Shown: positions 28,215 to 37,309, counted from the stretch's first letter. The stretch is 64,000 nucleotides of DNA from Patescibacteria group bacterium UBA5147 (GCA_002415345.1 DHXV01000001.1:332517-396516), one strand, 5' to 3'. Notes: generated from the letters alone by a model not told the origin. A program made the numbers and translations.

Positions 28215-29552
28215 ATGTGGCATACTGGATTCAAGTCAAAAGGAATCATCATGTTTCGCAAAGCCGTCAAACGTCTCATTCCGCGTCAGTTCTTCGCAAA
28301 TATCGAGCCGTACGGACACCTGGCCGAAGCCATCATGTGGAATGTCGTGGAAGGGTTTCCTGCCCGGGGGATGAAAGTAATCGGGGTTACCGGCACCGAT
28401 GGCAAGACGACGACCGCGACGTTTATCTACACCATGCTCAATGATGCCGGGATCAAAACCGGCCTCATGACCACTATCGGATACGGGACACCTGGAAACT
28501 GGCACGACAATCACGTCCACATGACAACCATGCCCACGCGTCCGATGCTCCGACGCATCAAGGAGCTAAAGCGCGAGGGTATCAAGTGGCTGGTGCTGGA
28601 AACGACGAGTCATGCCTTGGCTCAAAACCGTATTTGGGGAGTTCCGTACAATGTGGCCGTAATGACGAACGTCACCCACGAGCACTTGGACTATCACAAA
28701 ACATTCGAACGCTATCGTGATGCCAAAGTACGCTTATTCAAGCTCACGGCCGGCAACGAACGGGGACTGCGTTGTGGAATCGTCAACGCCGACGACCCGA
28801 GCGCGCCGTACTTTTCCAACCGCATGCCCAACGTCATCCGTTACGGCTTGGGCCAAGCCGACCTTAAGGCAACCGACGTAACAAGTACCCCGTTAGGGAG
28901 CACCTTTACGGTAACCTGCGACCAGAAGAAATTTGAACTGACGACCAACCTGCCGGGCAGCTTCAACGTGTCAAACTCGCTGGCGGCGGCGGGAGTGGGT
29001 CTGGCGCTCGGCTTGAGCACGGAACAAATCGCCCGTGGCATCGGCGCTCTAAAAACCGTCGAAGGGCGCATGAACAGCCTTGATGAGGGTCAGGATTATT
29101 CAGTTATCGTGGATTTCGCCCACACGCCGGACAGCTTCGAGAAGATTTTGAGCAGCATGCGCAACCTCACCAAGGGCCGCCTGATCGTGATGTTCGGCTC
29201 GGCCGGACGCCGTGATGAAGCCAAGCGCGCCAAACAAGGGGCCAGCGCCGGCAAATGGGCCGATATCGTGGTGGTGACCGAGGAAGACGACCGCGACATC
29301 GACGGCGACGGCATCATGAACCAGATTGCCGAGGGGGCCGAGACTCAGGGCAAGGTTCGGGATAAGGACTTATTTCTGGTTCATGACCGCACGGAGGCCA
29401 TCAACTTTGCCGTGGCCCAAGCCAAGCAGGGCGACACCGTGATTTTGCTGGGCAAGGGTCATGAAAAAACCATCGAGCGGGCCGACGGCGAATTTCCCTG
29501 GGACGAGACGGCCACCGCCAAAGCGGCCATTGCCGCTGCTTCCAAAAAATAA
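28215..29552 (+). CDS. murE: Mur ligase, MurE-like (UDP-MurNAc-tripeptide synthetase); probable true start near 28251 (MFRKAVK, RBS AAAGGAA).
   Basis: GVTGTDGKTTT ATP-binding loop and Mur ligase middle and C-terminal domain patterns. 445 aa. Confidence 0.7.
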   Translation: MWHTGFKSKGIIMFRKAVKRLIPRQFFANIEPYGHLAEAIMWNVVEGFPARGMKVIGVTGTDGKTTTATFIYTMLNDAGIKTGLMTTIGYGTPGNWHDNHVHMTTMPTRPMLRRIKELKREGIKWLVLETTSHALAQNRIWGVPYNVAVMTNVTHEHLDYHKTFERYRDAKVRLFKLTAGNERGLRCGIVNADDPSAPYFSNRMPNVIRYGLGQADLKATDVTSTPLGSTFTVTCDQKKFELTTNLPGSFNVSNSLAAAGVGLALGLSTEQIARGIGALKTVEGRMNSLDEGQDYSVIVDFAHTPDSFEKILSSMRNLTKGRLIVMFGSAGRRDEAKRAKQGASAGKWADIVVVTEEDDRDIDGDGIMNQIAEGAETQGKVRDKDLFLVHDRTEAINFAVAQAKQGDTVILLGKGHEKTIERADGEFPWDETATAKAAIAAASKK

Positions 29553-30446
29553 CTAGAGCGTATCGAGGGCCAAGGTGGTGCAGCGGATACTGCCTCCACC
29601 TTTCCACAACTGTTCGATCGACCGCTCGATCACGATCATTCCTTCTGCCCGCAGGGCTTCGGCCATGTCGGGGACGCCCGAGGTAATAATCACCGTGGTA
29701 CCGTCGGAAACCAGGTTCAAGGCGGCTTTTTGGGCCTCTTCCAGGCTGACAGGGATAATCCGCAGGTCGCGGCGCGCGGCCAGAAGGAGCTGGCTCTCGT
29801 CGTCGAGCGTAGCCAGGCAGACGGCAATGACGCCGGGCTTGATTATGCCAATCGAGAGGTCGATGTCATACCACTGGCCGCTGACGCTTTGCACCGGAAT
29901 GATTTCATAACCCAGCGTGTCGGCGACGAATTTATCGGAATCGGGGTGGCTGCGCCAGCCGCGGCCTTTGATGAGCGCCCCCGTTCCGGTGGGCAGGGCG
30001 TCGCCCTGGCCACTGAACAGAACAGGGCAGGTAAAGGTCTCAAAGCCGTGGGCCCGGAGCCAGGCTCCGGCCAGCTCCACCTCGCCGGCGCGTTCCTTGG
30101 GCAGGTTGGCGAGCACGGCTTTTTTGCCCCGGATAAGCGCGGTATTGGCCGTATAAACCATGTCCGGCCAGGCGGGATCGGGCTCGATGAAGTGCAGTTT
30201 GCGGCCGAGGGCCTCATGAGCTCCTACGATAGCTGCGTATTCGGGAGCTAGTTTTTCGGGATCAGGCTGAGACGAGGTGTGCATGTAGGGATTGATCTGG
30301 TAGGCGATCCGAAAGAAGTCGGGCCGGCACATAAGTAATTCTTGGTTGTACAAAAGGGGGCTCCCGTAACAGATTTGGTAACTCCAAACATTATAACCTG
30401 ACGGAGCAAAATGGTACGATAGGCTTATGAATATTACCGAATCCAT
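29553..30446 (-). CDS. Amidinotransferase-superfamily enzyme (DDAH / arginine- or agmatine-deiminase-like guanidino-group-modifying enzyme); true start probably the internal Met (MCRPDFFRIAYQINPYM).
   Basis: C-terminal GGGSIRCTTLAL catalytic-Cys motif and an N-terminal F(R)IAYQINP motif. Confidence 0.6.
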   Translation of the reverse strand: MDSVIFISLSYHFAPSGYNVWSYQICYGSPLLYNQELLMCRPDFFRIAYQINPYMHTSSQPDPEKLAPEYAAIVGAHEALGRKLHFIEPDPAWPDMVYTANTALIRGKKAVLANLPKERAGEVELAGAWLRAHGFETFTCPVLFSGQGDALPTGTGALIKGRGWRSHPDSDKFVADTLGYEIIPVQSVSGQWYDIDLSIGIIKPGVIAVCLATLDDESQLLLAARRDLRIIPVSLEEAQKAALNLVSDGTTVIITSGVPDMAEALRAEGMIVIERSIEQLWKGGGSIRCTTLALDTL

Positions 30447-31773
30447 TTTTAAAGCTTATGACATCCGCGGTCTCGTGGGGACGCAACTTACTAATCAGGT
30501 GGCGAAGGCTGTCGGGCGGGGTTTGGCCGATTACCTGCCCACTGCCGGCCCCGTCTGCGTCGGCTACGACATGCGTCCCGATTCCGAGGAGCTCGCTGCC
30601 GCCGTTCGGTCGGGCCTGACCCAGCAGGGCCGCGACGTCATTGATATCGGCTGTGTGGCCAGCGACATGATTTATTTTGCTGTCGGCAGCTTGGGTGCTG
30701 CCGGCGGTGCCATGGTGACGGCCAGTCACAATCCCGGCAAGTACAACGGCATCAAGGTATGCGGCGAAGGAGCCCGGGCCATCGGTTTGGAATCGGGGTT
30801 GTCGGAAATAAGGGACGCCATTAGAGCCGACAGCTTCAAGCTGTCGTCAGCTGAGGGAACGGTCACTGAACGCGACGTCATGGAAGACTGGGTAACGCAT
30901 GCCCTAAGTTTTATTGATACGACGGCCTTAAAGCCCTATCACATCGCCGTGGATGCCGGCAACGGCATGGGCGGAGCGGTGGTTCCGCACTTGGAAGGCA
31001 AATGGCCTGTCACAGTTGAGCCGCTGTTTTTTGAGCTCGACGGGACATTCCCGAACCACATTGCCAATCCGCTGATCGACGCCAATAACCGCTTTCTGAT
31101 TGCCAAGGTCAAGGAAGACCACCTGGACTTTGGTGTGGCTTTCGACGGCGACGGCGACCGGGCGTTTTTGGTCGATGAGCTGGGCCGAACCGTTCCCGGG
31201 CACATCATGTCGGCCATGATGGCCCAGTATTTCCTGCAGAAATTCCCCGGCTCGAATATTATTTACGACGCGCGCAATTCGCGCCTGGTTGAGGAAATTA
31301 TTGCGGAAAATGGTGGCAAGGGCGTGCGTAGTCGGGTTGGTCATTCGTTAATCAAACAGGCCATGCGGCAGTACGATGCCCCCTTTGGCGGCGAGTTCTC
31401 CGGGCATTTCTACTTCCGCGACAATTGGTATGCCGACTCCGGTCTCATCGGTGCTTTGGTGGCCATTCAGGTGTTAAGTAATTCCGGTAAAAAGTTATCC
31501 GAGCTCGTCGGTGAATACAGCAGTCGATATGCCCGCTCGGCAGAAATTAATTTTGAGATAGAAGATAAAGCTGCCAAGCTGGCGGAGCTGCGGGAGAAAT
31601 ACAGCGACGGAACGCCGGACGATCTCGACGGGCTGACGGTCAACTATCCCGATTGGTGGTTTAATGTCCGGGGAAGCAATACAGAGCCCTTACTCCGCCT
31701 GAACGTCGAGGCGCGTACGCCGGCAATGCTCGCCGAGAAATTAGCCGAACTTAACGCCGTGTTATCGGCCTAG
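30427..31773 (+). CDS. Phosphohexomutase (phosphomannomutase/phosphoglucomutase/GlmM family).
   Basis: Active-site TASHNPGKYNGIKV and Mg-loop FDGDGDR. Confidence 0.8.
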   Translation: MNITESIFKAYDIRGLVGTQLTNQVAKAVGRGLADYLPTAGPVCVGYDMRPDSEELAAAVRSGLTQQGRDVIDIGCVASDMIYFAVGSLGAAGGAMVTASHNPGKYNGIKVCGEGARAIGLESGLSEIRDAIRADSFKLSSAEGTVTERDVMEDWVTHALSFIDTTALKPYHIAVDAGNGMGGAVVPHLEGKWPVTVEPLFFELDGTFPNHIANPLIDANNRFLIAKVKEDHLDFGVAFDGDGDRAFLVDELGRTVPGHIMSAMMAQYFLQKFPGSNIIYDARNSRLVEEIIAENGGKGVRSRVGHSLIKQAMRQYDAPFGGEFSGHFYFRDNWYADSGLIGALVAIQVLSNSGKKLSELVGEYSSRYARSAEINFEIEDKAAKLAELREKYSDGTPDDLDGLTVNYPDWWFNVRGSNTEPLLRLNVEARTPAMLAEKLAELNAVLSA

Positions 31774-31790
31774 GATACGCACGCAAAAAT

Positions 31791-31817
31791 CTAGCACTCA
31801 TCGTTATTGAGTGCTAA
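31791..31817 (+). promoter_or_regulatory. CIRCE element (HrcA operator) CTAGCACTC-N9-GAGTGCTAA overlapping the -10 (TAAAAT) of the groES promoter.
   Basis: 8/9 + 9/9 match to the TTAGCACTC-N9-GAGTGCTAA consensus. Confidence 0.85.
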
Positions 31818-31862
31818 AATATACACATAAGGGTCGTCATTTTTTAACAAGAGTGGCGATTC

Positions 31863-32156
31863 GTGATGTTAATCCAAGGAGAAACTATGCAGTTACAGCC
31901 ATTAGCCGATCGAATTGTCGCAAAGCCTGTTGAGGCCGAAGCCAAGACCGCATCGGGTATTTTATTGTCTGAAAACGCCAAGGAAAAGCCGCAGCTGGCA
32001 GAAGTTCTGGCAGTTGGTAAAGACGTTAAGGAAGTTAAGGTCGGCGACCGTATCGTCCACGCTGAATCGGAGTACAGCTCAAACCGCCTGAAAGTTGCCG
32101 GTGAAGATTATTTGATCGTAAAAGAGGAAGACGTCCTCGCAGTGGTGAAAGGTTAA
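31863..32156 (+). CDS. groES: Co-chaperonin GroES (probable start at ATG 31887, MQLQPLADRIV).
   Basis: GroES fold signature (RIVAKPVEAEAKTASGILL, VGDRIV). Confidence 0.9.
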   Translation: MMLIQGETMQLQPLADRIVAKPVEAEAKTASGILLSENAKEKPQLAEVLAVGKDVKEVKVGDRIVHAESEYSSNRLKVAGEDYLIVKEEDVLAVVKG

Positions 32157-32165
32157 GGAGACATT

Positions 32166-33827
32166 ATGGCTAAGAAGATTTTATACGACGCCGAAGCCCG
32201 CGCTGCCGTTTTAGGCGGGGCCAAAGAACTGTATGACGCAGTTAAGGTAACTATGGGACCCAAGGGCCGCAACGTGGTTATCCAAAAGAGCTACGGCGCC
32301 CCGACAATCTCCCACGACGGCGTGACCGTGGCTAAGGCCGTTGATATCGAGATCAAGAAAGACGGCTCCAACCTGGGTTACAACGTCGGCAGCGAGCTCA
32401 TCAAGCAGGCCGCCTCAAAGACCAACGATACCGTCGGCGATGGCACCACTACCTCAACCGTTCTGGCCTATCATATCCTCGATGAGGCCAACAAGATGAT
32501 TGCCGCCGGCCACAATCCGATGGACCTCAAAAAGGGCCTGGACAGCGCCGCCGAGCAGGTGCTGAGCGACATCGCCGGCATGACCGACCAGGTCGCCGGC
32601 AACAAGGACAAGATTGCCCAGGTTGCCACTGTCAGCGCCGGCGACAGTGAAATCGGCAACTTAATCGCCGAAGTCATTGAAGCAGTTGGTGAAGACGGTA
32701 CAGTGACCGTTGAACAGAGCCAAACGCTGGACATGGAGAAGGAAATCGTCGAAGGCTTCAAGATCGACCGCGGTTACGTCTCAACCTACATGGTCACCGA
32801 CCCGGCCCGCATGGAAGCTAGCTATGAGAAGCCGCTGATTCTGGTGACAGACAAGAAAATCGGCTCCATCCAGGAAATCCTGCCCATCATCGAGAAGGTC
32901 GCCCAGAGCGGCCGCAAGGACATGGTTATCATCGCCGAGGACGTCGAGGGTGAAGCCTTGGCAACACTGGTCTTAAACCGCCTCAAGGGCGTCTTCAACG
33001 CGCTAGCCATTAAAGCCCCGGCTTTCGGTGACCGCCGCAAGGCCATCCTCCAGGACATCGCTACCTTAACCGGGGCCACGGTCATCAGCGATGAGCAGGG
33101 CTACAGCTTTGAGAACGCTACCGTCGACATGCTCGGTTCGGCCAGGAAGATTATCTCCACCAAGGACGACACCACCATCATCGAGGGCGAAGGCGACCCA
33201 GAGGCCGTTAAGAGCCGCATCTCAGAAATCAAGGCTCAGGCCGACAACGCCACCAGCGAGTACGAAAAAGAGAACCTGGAAAAGCGACTGTCGGCTCTGG
33301 CCGGCAAAGTCGCCGTCATCAAGGTGGGCGGTGCCACCGAGACCGAAATTGAAGAAAAGAAGTTTCGTGTCGATGACGCCGTGGCCGCCACCAAAGCCGC
33401 CGTGGCCGAAGGTATTGTTCCGGGCGGCGGCGTAATCCTGGTAGACCTCTCAAAGAACCTCAAGGTTGAGGCAACCACCGTGGCCGGATCCGCCGCGGCA
33501 GGCCAGCTGATTCTTAAAAATGCCCTGGCCCAGCCGTTCAAGCAGCTCATGAAGAACGCCGGACTAAACGCCGAGGCCAATCTGGCCGAGGTTCTGGCAT
33601 CCAAGCAGTCCGGATTCGGCTTTGACGTCAATTCGCCCGAAAAGATGGTCAACCTCAAGGACGCGGGCATTGTTGACCCGGCCAAGGTTACCCGTGAAGC
33701 AATCCAGAACGCGGTCAGTATTGCCGGAACGGCCATGACCATGGGCTCGCTCATCGTCGATATCCCCGAAGACAAGGCGGCCGGCGCCGGCGGCGGCATG
33801 CCGGGTGGCATGGGCATGGACTACTAA
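32166..33827 (+). CDS. groEL: Chaperonin GroEL.
   Basis: MAKKILYDAEAR..., GDGTTT and a C-terminal GGM repeat (GGMPGGMGMDY). Confidence 0.95.
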   Translation: MAKKILYDAEARAAVLGGAKELYDAVKVTMGPKGRNVVIQKSYGAPTISHDGVTVAKAVDIEIKKDGSNLGYNVGSELIKQAASKTNDTVGDGTTTSTVLAYHILDEANKMIAAGHNPMDLKKGLDSAAEQVLSDIAGMTDQVAGNKDKIAQVATVSAGDSEIGNLIAEVIEAVGEDGTVTVEQSQTLDMEKEIVEGFKIDRGYVSTYMVTDPARMEASYEKPLILVTDKKIGSIQEILPIIEKVAQSGRKDMVIIAEDVEGEALATLVLNRLKGVFNALAIKAPAFGDRRKAILQDIATLTGATVISDEQGYSFENATVDMLGSARKIISTKDDTTIIEGEGDPEAVKSRISEIKAQADNATSEYEKENLEKRLSALAGKVAVIKVGGATETEIEEKKFRVDDAVAATKAAVAEGIVPGGGVILVDLSKNLKVEATTVAGSAAAGQLILKNALAQPFKQLMKNAGLNAEANLAEVLASKQSGFGFDVNSPEKMVNLKDAGIVDPAKVTREAIQNAVSIAGTAMTMGSLIVDIPEDKAAGAGGGMPGGMGMDY

Positions 33828-33855
33828 GTCCAGGTTAATGTCCAGCCAATGAAAC

Positions 33856-33878
33856 GGGACCCTGCGGGGTCCTTTTTC
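33856..33878 (+). terminator. Terminator (GGGACCCTGCGGGGTCC-TTTTTC).
   Basis: Hairpin plus T-run after groEL. Confidence 0.7.
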
Positions 33879-33960
33879 TATTGGCGTAACCGTTTTGTAT
33901 ATCTGTCGCGCAAGTGCAATAATCACAGCATCGTTGTTCCTTCAAACCTCAGGAGCCCTC

Positions 33961-34524
33961 GTGGGAAGAATCAGAGTCCGGGACGGCGTCCTCGTAAGAG
34001 GGGAGCCTAGCGCCCGGAAAAAACGAATCGCCGAGCATGCCAAGCACGAACCGAATCCAAACAAGTTAGTTATCTCCAAACCGCAGTGGGACGGCGTCCT
34101 ATTCCCCCCGCCAGAGGCCGTTACTTCCGAAGCGATGAAGGAAATGGATGTCCGGCGCAAAGAGATCCTAAGCGAGGCCGTGAGACTGAACATTCTCGGT
34201 AATCTGTCGCCAGGCTACCAAGAGCGACTTCAAACACGGTTTACCGGCTCCCCCCGGCCTCTTGAAGAAGAAGCGATGGGTGAGGGACTCGATTCCATCC
34301 AGTACGTAATGCTGCGCCTTAAGGCTCGCGCGGAGTGCGAGCTGCTACGACTCAAGCTTCAGCAGGCCGTAATTACGGGCGGACCTCTGGCAAAATTCAT
34401 CGAGCTCAACGTTCGCTACGACCTCAACGAGGAGACCCCTCGAACGCTTCGTCCCAGTTCCTGCGACGAGCGGTCTGCGCACTTCAAGGAGGCCATTGCC
34501 AAGTATTTGCCGCAGCGTAGCTAA
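33961..34524 (+). CDS. Hypothetical protein (track ORF from 33895; the GTG at 33961 has a GGAG RBS).
   Basis: ORF only. Basic N-terminus and a helical C-terminus. Confidence 0.45.
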   Translation: MGRIRVRDGVLVRGEPSARKKRIAEHAKHEPNPNKLVISKPQWDGVLFPPPEAVTSEAMKEMDVRRKEILSEAVRLNILGNLSPGYQERLQTRFTGSPRPLEEEAMGEGLDSIQYVMLRLKARAECELLRLKLQQAVITGGPLAKFIELNVRYDLNEETPRTLRPSSCDERSAHFKEAIAKYLPQRS

Positions 34525-34542
34525 CTAACCGCTTTACTTATT

Positions 34543-34580
34543 CGCCCGCCCGCCTCCTTACCGGGGCGGGCCTTTTCTTT
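34543..34580 (+). terminator. Terminator (GC-rich stem CGCCCGCCCGCC...GGGGCGGGCC then TTTTCTTTT).
   Basis: Hairpin plus T-run. Confidence 0.6.
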
Positions 34581-34610
34581 TGCTCGCTTAATCTAAATAA
34601 TGCTAGGCTA

Positions 34611-34772
34611 TGTTCATGAATGAACGCATTTCTTCAGAGACGTCGGATGGCTTTTTGGCAGCAAATAAGCTCACCCAGTCCCTCGCTGCGGAACACGCCG
34701 CGACAGTTGCAGAAACCGAACCGGAACACCAATACCAGCAACTGGCGGATAACAACCGTAACCAGGTCTAAT
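34611..34772 (+). CDS. Small acidic ORF (53 aa: MFMNERISSETSDGFLAANKLTQSLAAEHAATVAETEPEHQYQQLADNNRNQV), 2 nt upstream of the 261-aa gene.
   Basis: Hand-translated. Below the track size cutoff. Confidence 0.3.
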
Positions 34773-34774
34773 TC

Positions 34775-35560
34775 ATGAGCATTCAGAACGGTTCACCTGA
34801 AACGATGGTCCAAGGGATAGTAACCACACCTGGCATCACCGTGCAGGTCACGAGCCTGTTTGAAGAACTGGCAAGCCAGTCGCATCTGTATGGCAAGTCC
34901 GAAGCCGTTAATTATCTTGAGGAAGTTTATGCGAACGGGAGCCGGATGGAGCCGATGTCGAGACTGGCATTACTATTGCTTCATGCCGGTCAGCATGCCA
35001 AGTTGCAGACTCTTTTAGACTCTGACAGGGAAGCCTTGCATGGTGGGCGACTTGATCATGAGCAACGTATTGAAACAAGCAATCATTACGAGACCCTTCG
35101 CCATGCGGCGTGTGAGTACAACCACGCAGTACGTAGCTTTATTGAGTCTCACCGCGAAGACGTTACTCGCGACCAACTGGTCGACTGGCTCTCCCAGGCC
35201 AGCCTGGGCAATCACCGTTGGGCCGATGGGGAAGTAACCGGGGCTACCTCGGAAATCGCCCTGCACGCCGCCCTTATGGGTATGCCGGAGCTGGCCGGTC
35301 TCCGCTATGCCACGCTCGAAGAAGACTTGCATGGTTTTGACTTTACGGCCGAGTGGCAGGGCCAGGAGGTAACTATCGATGCCAAGACGGGTCGCTATGC
35401 TCCAATCGTTGAGCGCATGAGAGGGCACCGCCATCTGGAAATATACGTCCCGCGGGACGCAATGGAAGGCTTCCGGCTGACTCGCCACGGTCTGGATTCC
35501 TTGCGGCGTGAAATGCGCGTAGCCTTGGCGCAGGCGGCCCGCCTTCAAATGGCCATTTAG
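34775..35560 (+). CDS. Hypothetical protein (261 aa) with a possible C-terminal PD-(D/E)xK-like motif.
   Basis: GFDFTAEWQGQEVTIDAKTG shows the spacing D-x12-(V)DAK. Weak and unverified. Confidence 0.45.
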   Translation: MSIQNGSPETMVQGIVTTPGITVQVTSLFEELASQSHLYGKSEAVNYLEEVYANGSRMEPMSRLALLLLHAGQHAKLQTLLDSDREALHGGRLDHEQRIETSNHYETLRHAACEYNHAVRSFIESHREDVTRDQLVDWLSQASLGNHRWADGEVTGATSEIALHAALMGMPELAGLRYATLEEDLHGFDFTAEWQGQEVTIDAKTGRYAPIVERMRGHRHLEIYVPRDAMEGFRLTRHGLDSLRREMRVALAQAARLQMAI

Positions 35561-36433
35561 CACATTTCAGGCGTTGGGTTGATAATTAGTATTGACATTA
35601 GTAACCGCAAGTGCTACGCTTCGACACATCTACTTTTTGAGGATAACCTCGAGGTAGTCCATTGACAGATTAGCAAGTCAGAACCAAAGACCTTGGAGCG
35701 GGGTCGCGGCATGTGGTAGCGGACCCGCCCACTCAAGGAAAACGAAAGCCTCTAACGAGGCGACTATCGAAAGGATCGGTGCATATGGCTCGCTTCGGCA
35801 GCCAGGAGTTACCGTAGTTGTCTGATAGGGTGATGGGCGCTACGCTCCTCACTGAAGAAAACAACGATTCGATGGGAGTAGTGATACACCATGCGCGGTT
35901 TTTTCAAAGACTGCTCACGCGCGACTTACGTCCTCGGCAATTAGACGAAGACGATTGCTCGTCCTATACATAGCCCCTTTTAAGGGAGCTGCTCTTGTTG
36001 AAACGGATCTGTTAATTCAGTGACCCTGCACAGGCGGGCTGCAAAGCCTTAATGTACAAAGCTCGGTCATCCCGTTCAACGAGACATTAAACCAGGCCAT
36101 GACGGCCGAACCCGCAGCCAGCGGACTTCTATCGGGACCTCCGGGTAACGCTAGTAACGAATGGCATTCGTGGAATGGCGGTAACGTTGACCAACGACTT
36201 TACCCTTAGGGGAATATTGTCCGGGGTCTTTCATCCTACACCGCGCGCCACACTGGTATACAACTGAATATACAACTGAATATGGTTTGTATAACTGTTT
36301 TGCCGCAGGGGCGGGGATGTGTTGAGCGCAGCTGCATAAGCCGCCCTCCACATCCCCGCCCAAAACGACTTGCTAATCTGTCCCAACCCGCAATTATCCC
36401 AACGCCTTAACGGGCGTTTTCTGATATATAGGG

Positions 36434-36462
36434 TTGACAAAACATTATACTTATGCTACTAT
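36434..36462 (+). promoter_or_regulatory. Near-consensus sigma70 promoter TTGACA-N17-TACTAT, preceded by a small hairpin+T-run insulator (about 36401-36420).
   Basis: Perfect -35, 17-nt spacer, 4/6 -10 (TACTAT). Drives the 36611 gene, giving a 5' UTR of about 140 nt. Confidence 0.6.
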
Positions 36463-36523
36463 GTTATATTCCCTTCCAATACAGGGAATACCTTGACAAC
36501 ATATGCAACCAATTTCCCCGAGG

Positions 36524-36569
36524 CACTCTGCGTCGGGCCGCTCAAAATTAAGCGGTCTGACGCAGAGTG
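36524..36569 (+). promoter_or_regulatory. Long 5'-UTR stem-loop: 11-bp perfect inverted repeat (CACTCTGCGTC...GACGCAGAGTG) enclosing an inner 5-bp stem (CCGCT/AGCGG) with an 8-nt loop; about 40 nt upstream of the ATG at 36611.
   Basis: Read directly. Function (attenuator, riboregulator or protein site) unknown. Confidence 0.5.
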
Positions 36570-36610
36570 GCTCAACCTGAGACTCTCTCAACGCCCGGAA
36601 GGGGCACATC

Positions 36611-37309
36611 ATGAGCATTGCCAGCGCTAGTCCCTCTATGTTCTCTCACAAGCCCAAGCGACCGGCCCTTGTCATGAGTGTCCCCACAACCAAGAAGCCC
36701 ACTCCTCAGCCTCATCGCGAGGTCAAGCCGTGGGACGACCGTGACAAGGTCATCGCAATCGTCGACAGTTTCCTCGGCAAGTACAGGAGCCGCATCTCTG
36801 AGCTCCGTACCTGGCAGCGTAAGCTGCTGGTCCAGCCTGTTCCTGCTGATGCGAATCGGCAGCTGCGGGAGAGCTACTTCAAGGCCGTCAAGTGTGCCGT
36901 GGAACAGTTCAATGGCATGCGCCCCGCACCCGTGCGGGTGGCGAAGTCTCGCCGGTATGCTCCATCGATGCCTGTGGTGACGCCCAGCGCTCCACACCCG
37001 GCAACGGTAGAGGATCACACGTCAATCATGTACACCGTTTACGGCAGCGGTCAGGCGACCCTGTCTACCGGTAAGGCAACGGTTCGTGACATCAGGTCCG
37101 CCCCCAAGAAGGTGGACAACAACGGTTACGGCAAGACTCGTCGGGAACTCACATCTGATGAGCGGGCCACCGCTGATGCGCAGAGCGCGACCGCCATGGC
37201 CAAGAAGGAGGAGATGTTCGCCAGGAAGACCATACCGGTCGTCAAGGCGGACAAGGGATCCTCCAAGAATGGCAAGAAGGGCGCCAAGAAGGACTCTGCC
37301 ATGAAGTAG
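36611..37309 (+). CDS. Hypothetical basic protein (232 aa) with a Lys-rich C-terminus (KADKGSSKNGKKGAKKDSAMK).
   Basis: ORF with a strong promoter. No family recognised. Confidence 0.55.
   Translation: MSIASASPSMFSHKPKRPALVMSVPTTKKPTPQPHREVKPWDDRDKVIAIVDSFLGKYRSRISELRTWQRKLLVQPVPADANRQLRESYFKAVKCAVEQFNGMRPAPVRVAKSRRYAPSMPVVTPSAPHPATVEDHTSIMYTVYGSGQATLSTGKATVRDIRSAPKKVDNNGYGKTRRELTSDERATADAQSATAMAKKEEMFARKTIPVVKADKGSSKNGKKGAKKDSAMK

Noticed and set aside
29553-30446. Frame continuity of the amidinotransferase ORF near 30330-30360 and of ORF 48772-48963.
   Set aside because: My hand indexing disagreed with the ORF track by one base in these spots, most likely a reading slip on my side. Track coordinates were retained and hand-derived coordinates are flagged as approximate.
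35600-35905. Considered tmRNA or RNase P RNA.
   Set aside because: No tRNA-like 5'/3' ends with a tag-peptide ORF ending in a typical ...ALAA pattern. The conserved RNase P motifs (GGAAAGUCCGG, GUAAGAGCGCACC, ACAGAACCCGGCUUA) are absent.
35561-36610. Considered the ORF-free AT-richer kilobase as a replication origin (oriC).
   Set aside because: Only one 7/9 DnaA-box-like match (TTATCCCAA); no dnaA/dnaN nearby; the 12-mer repeat occurs only twice.
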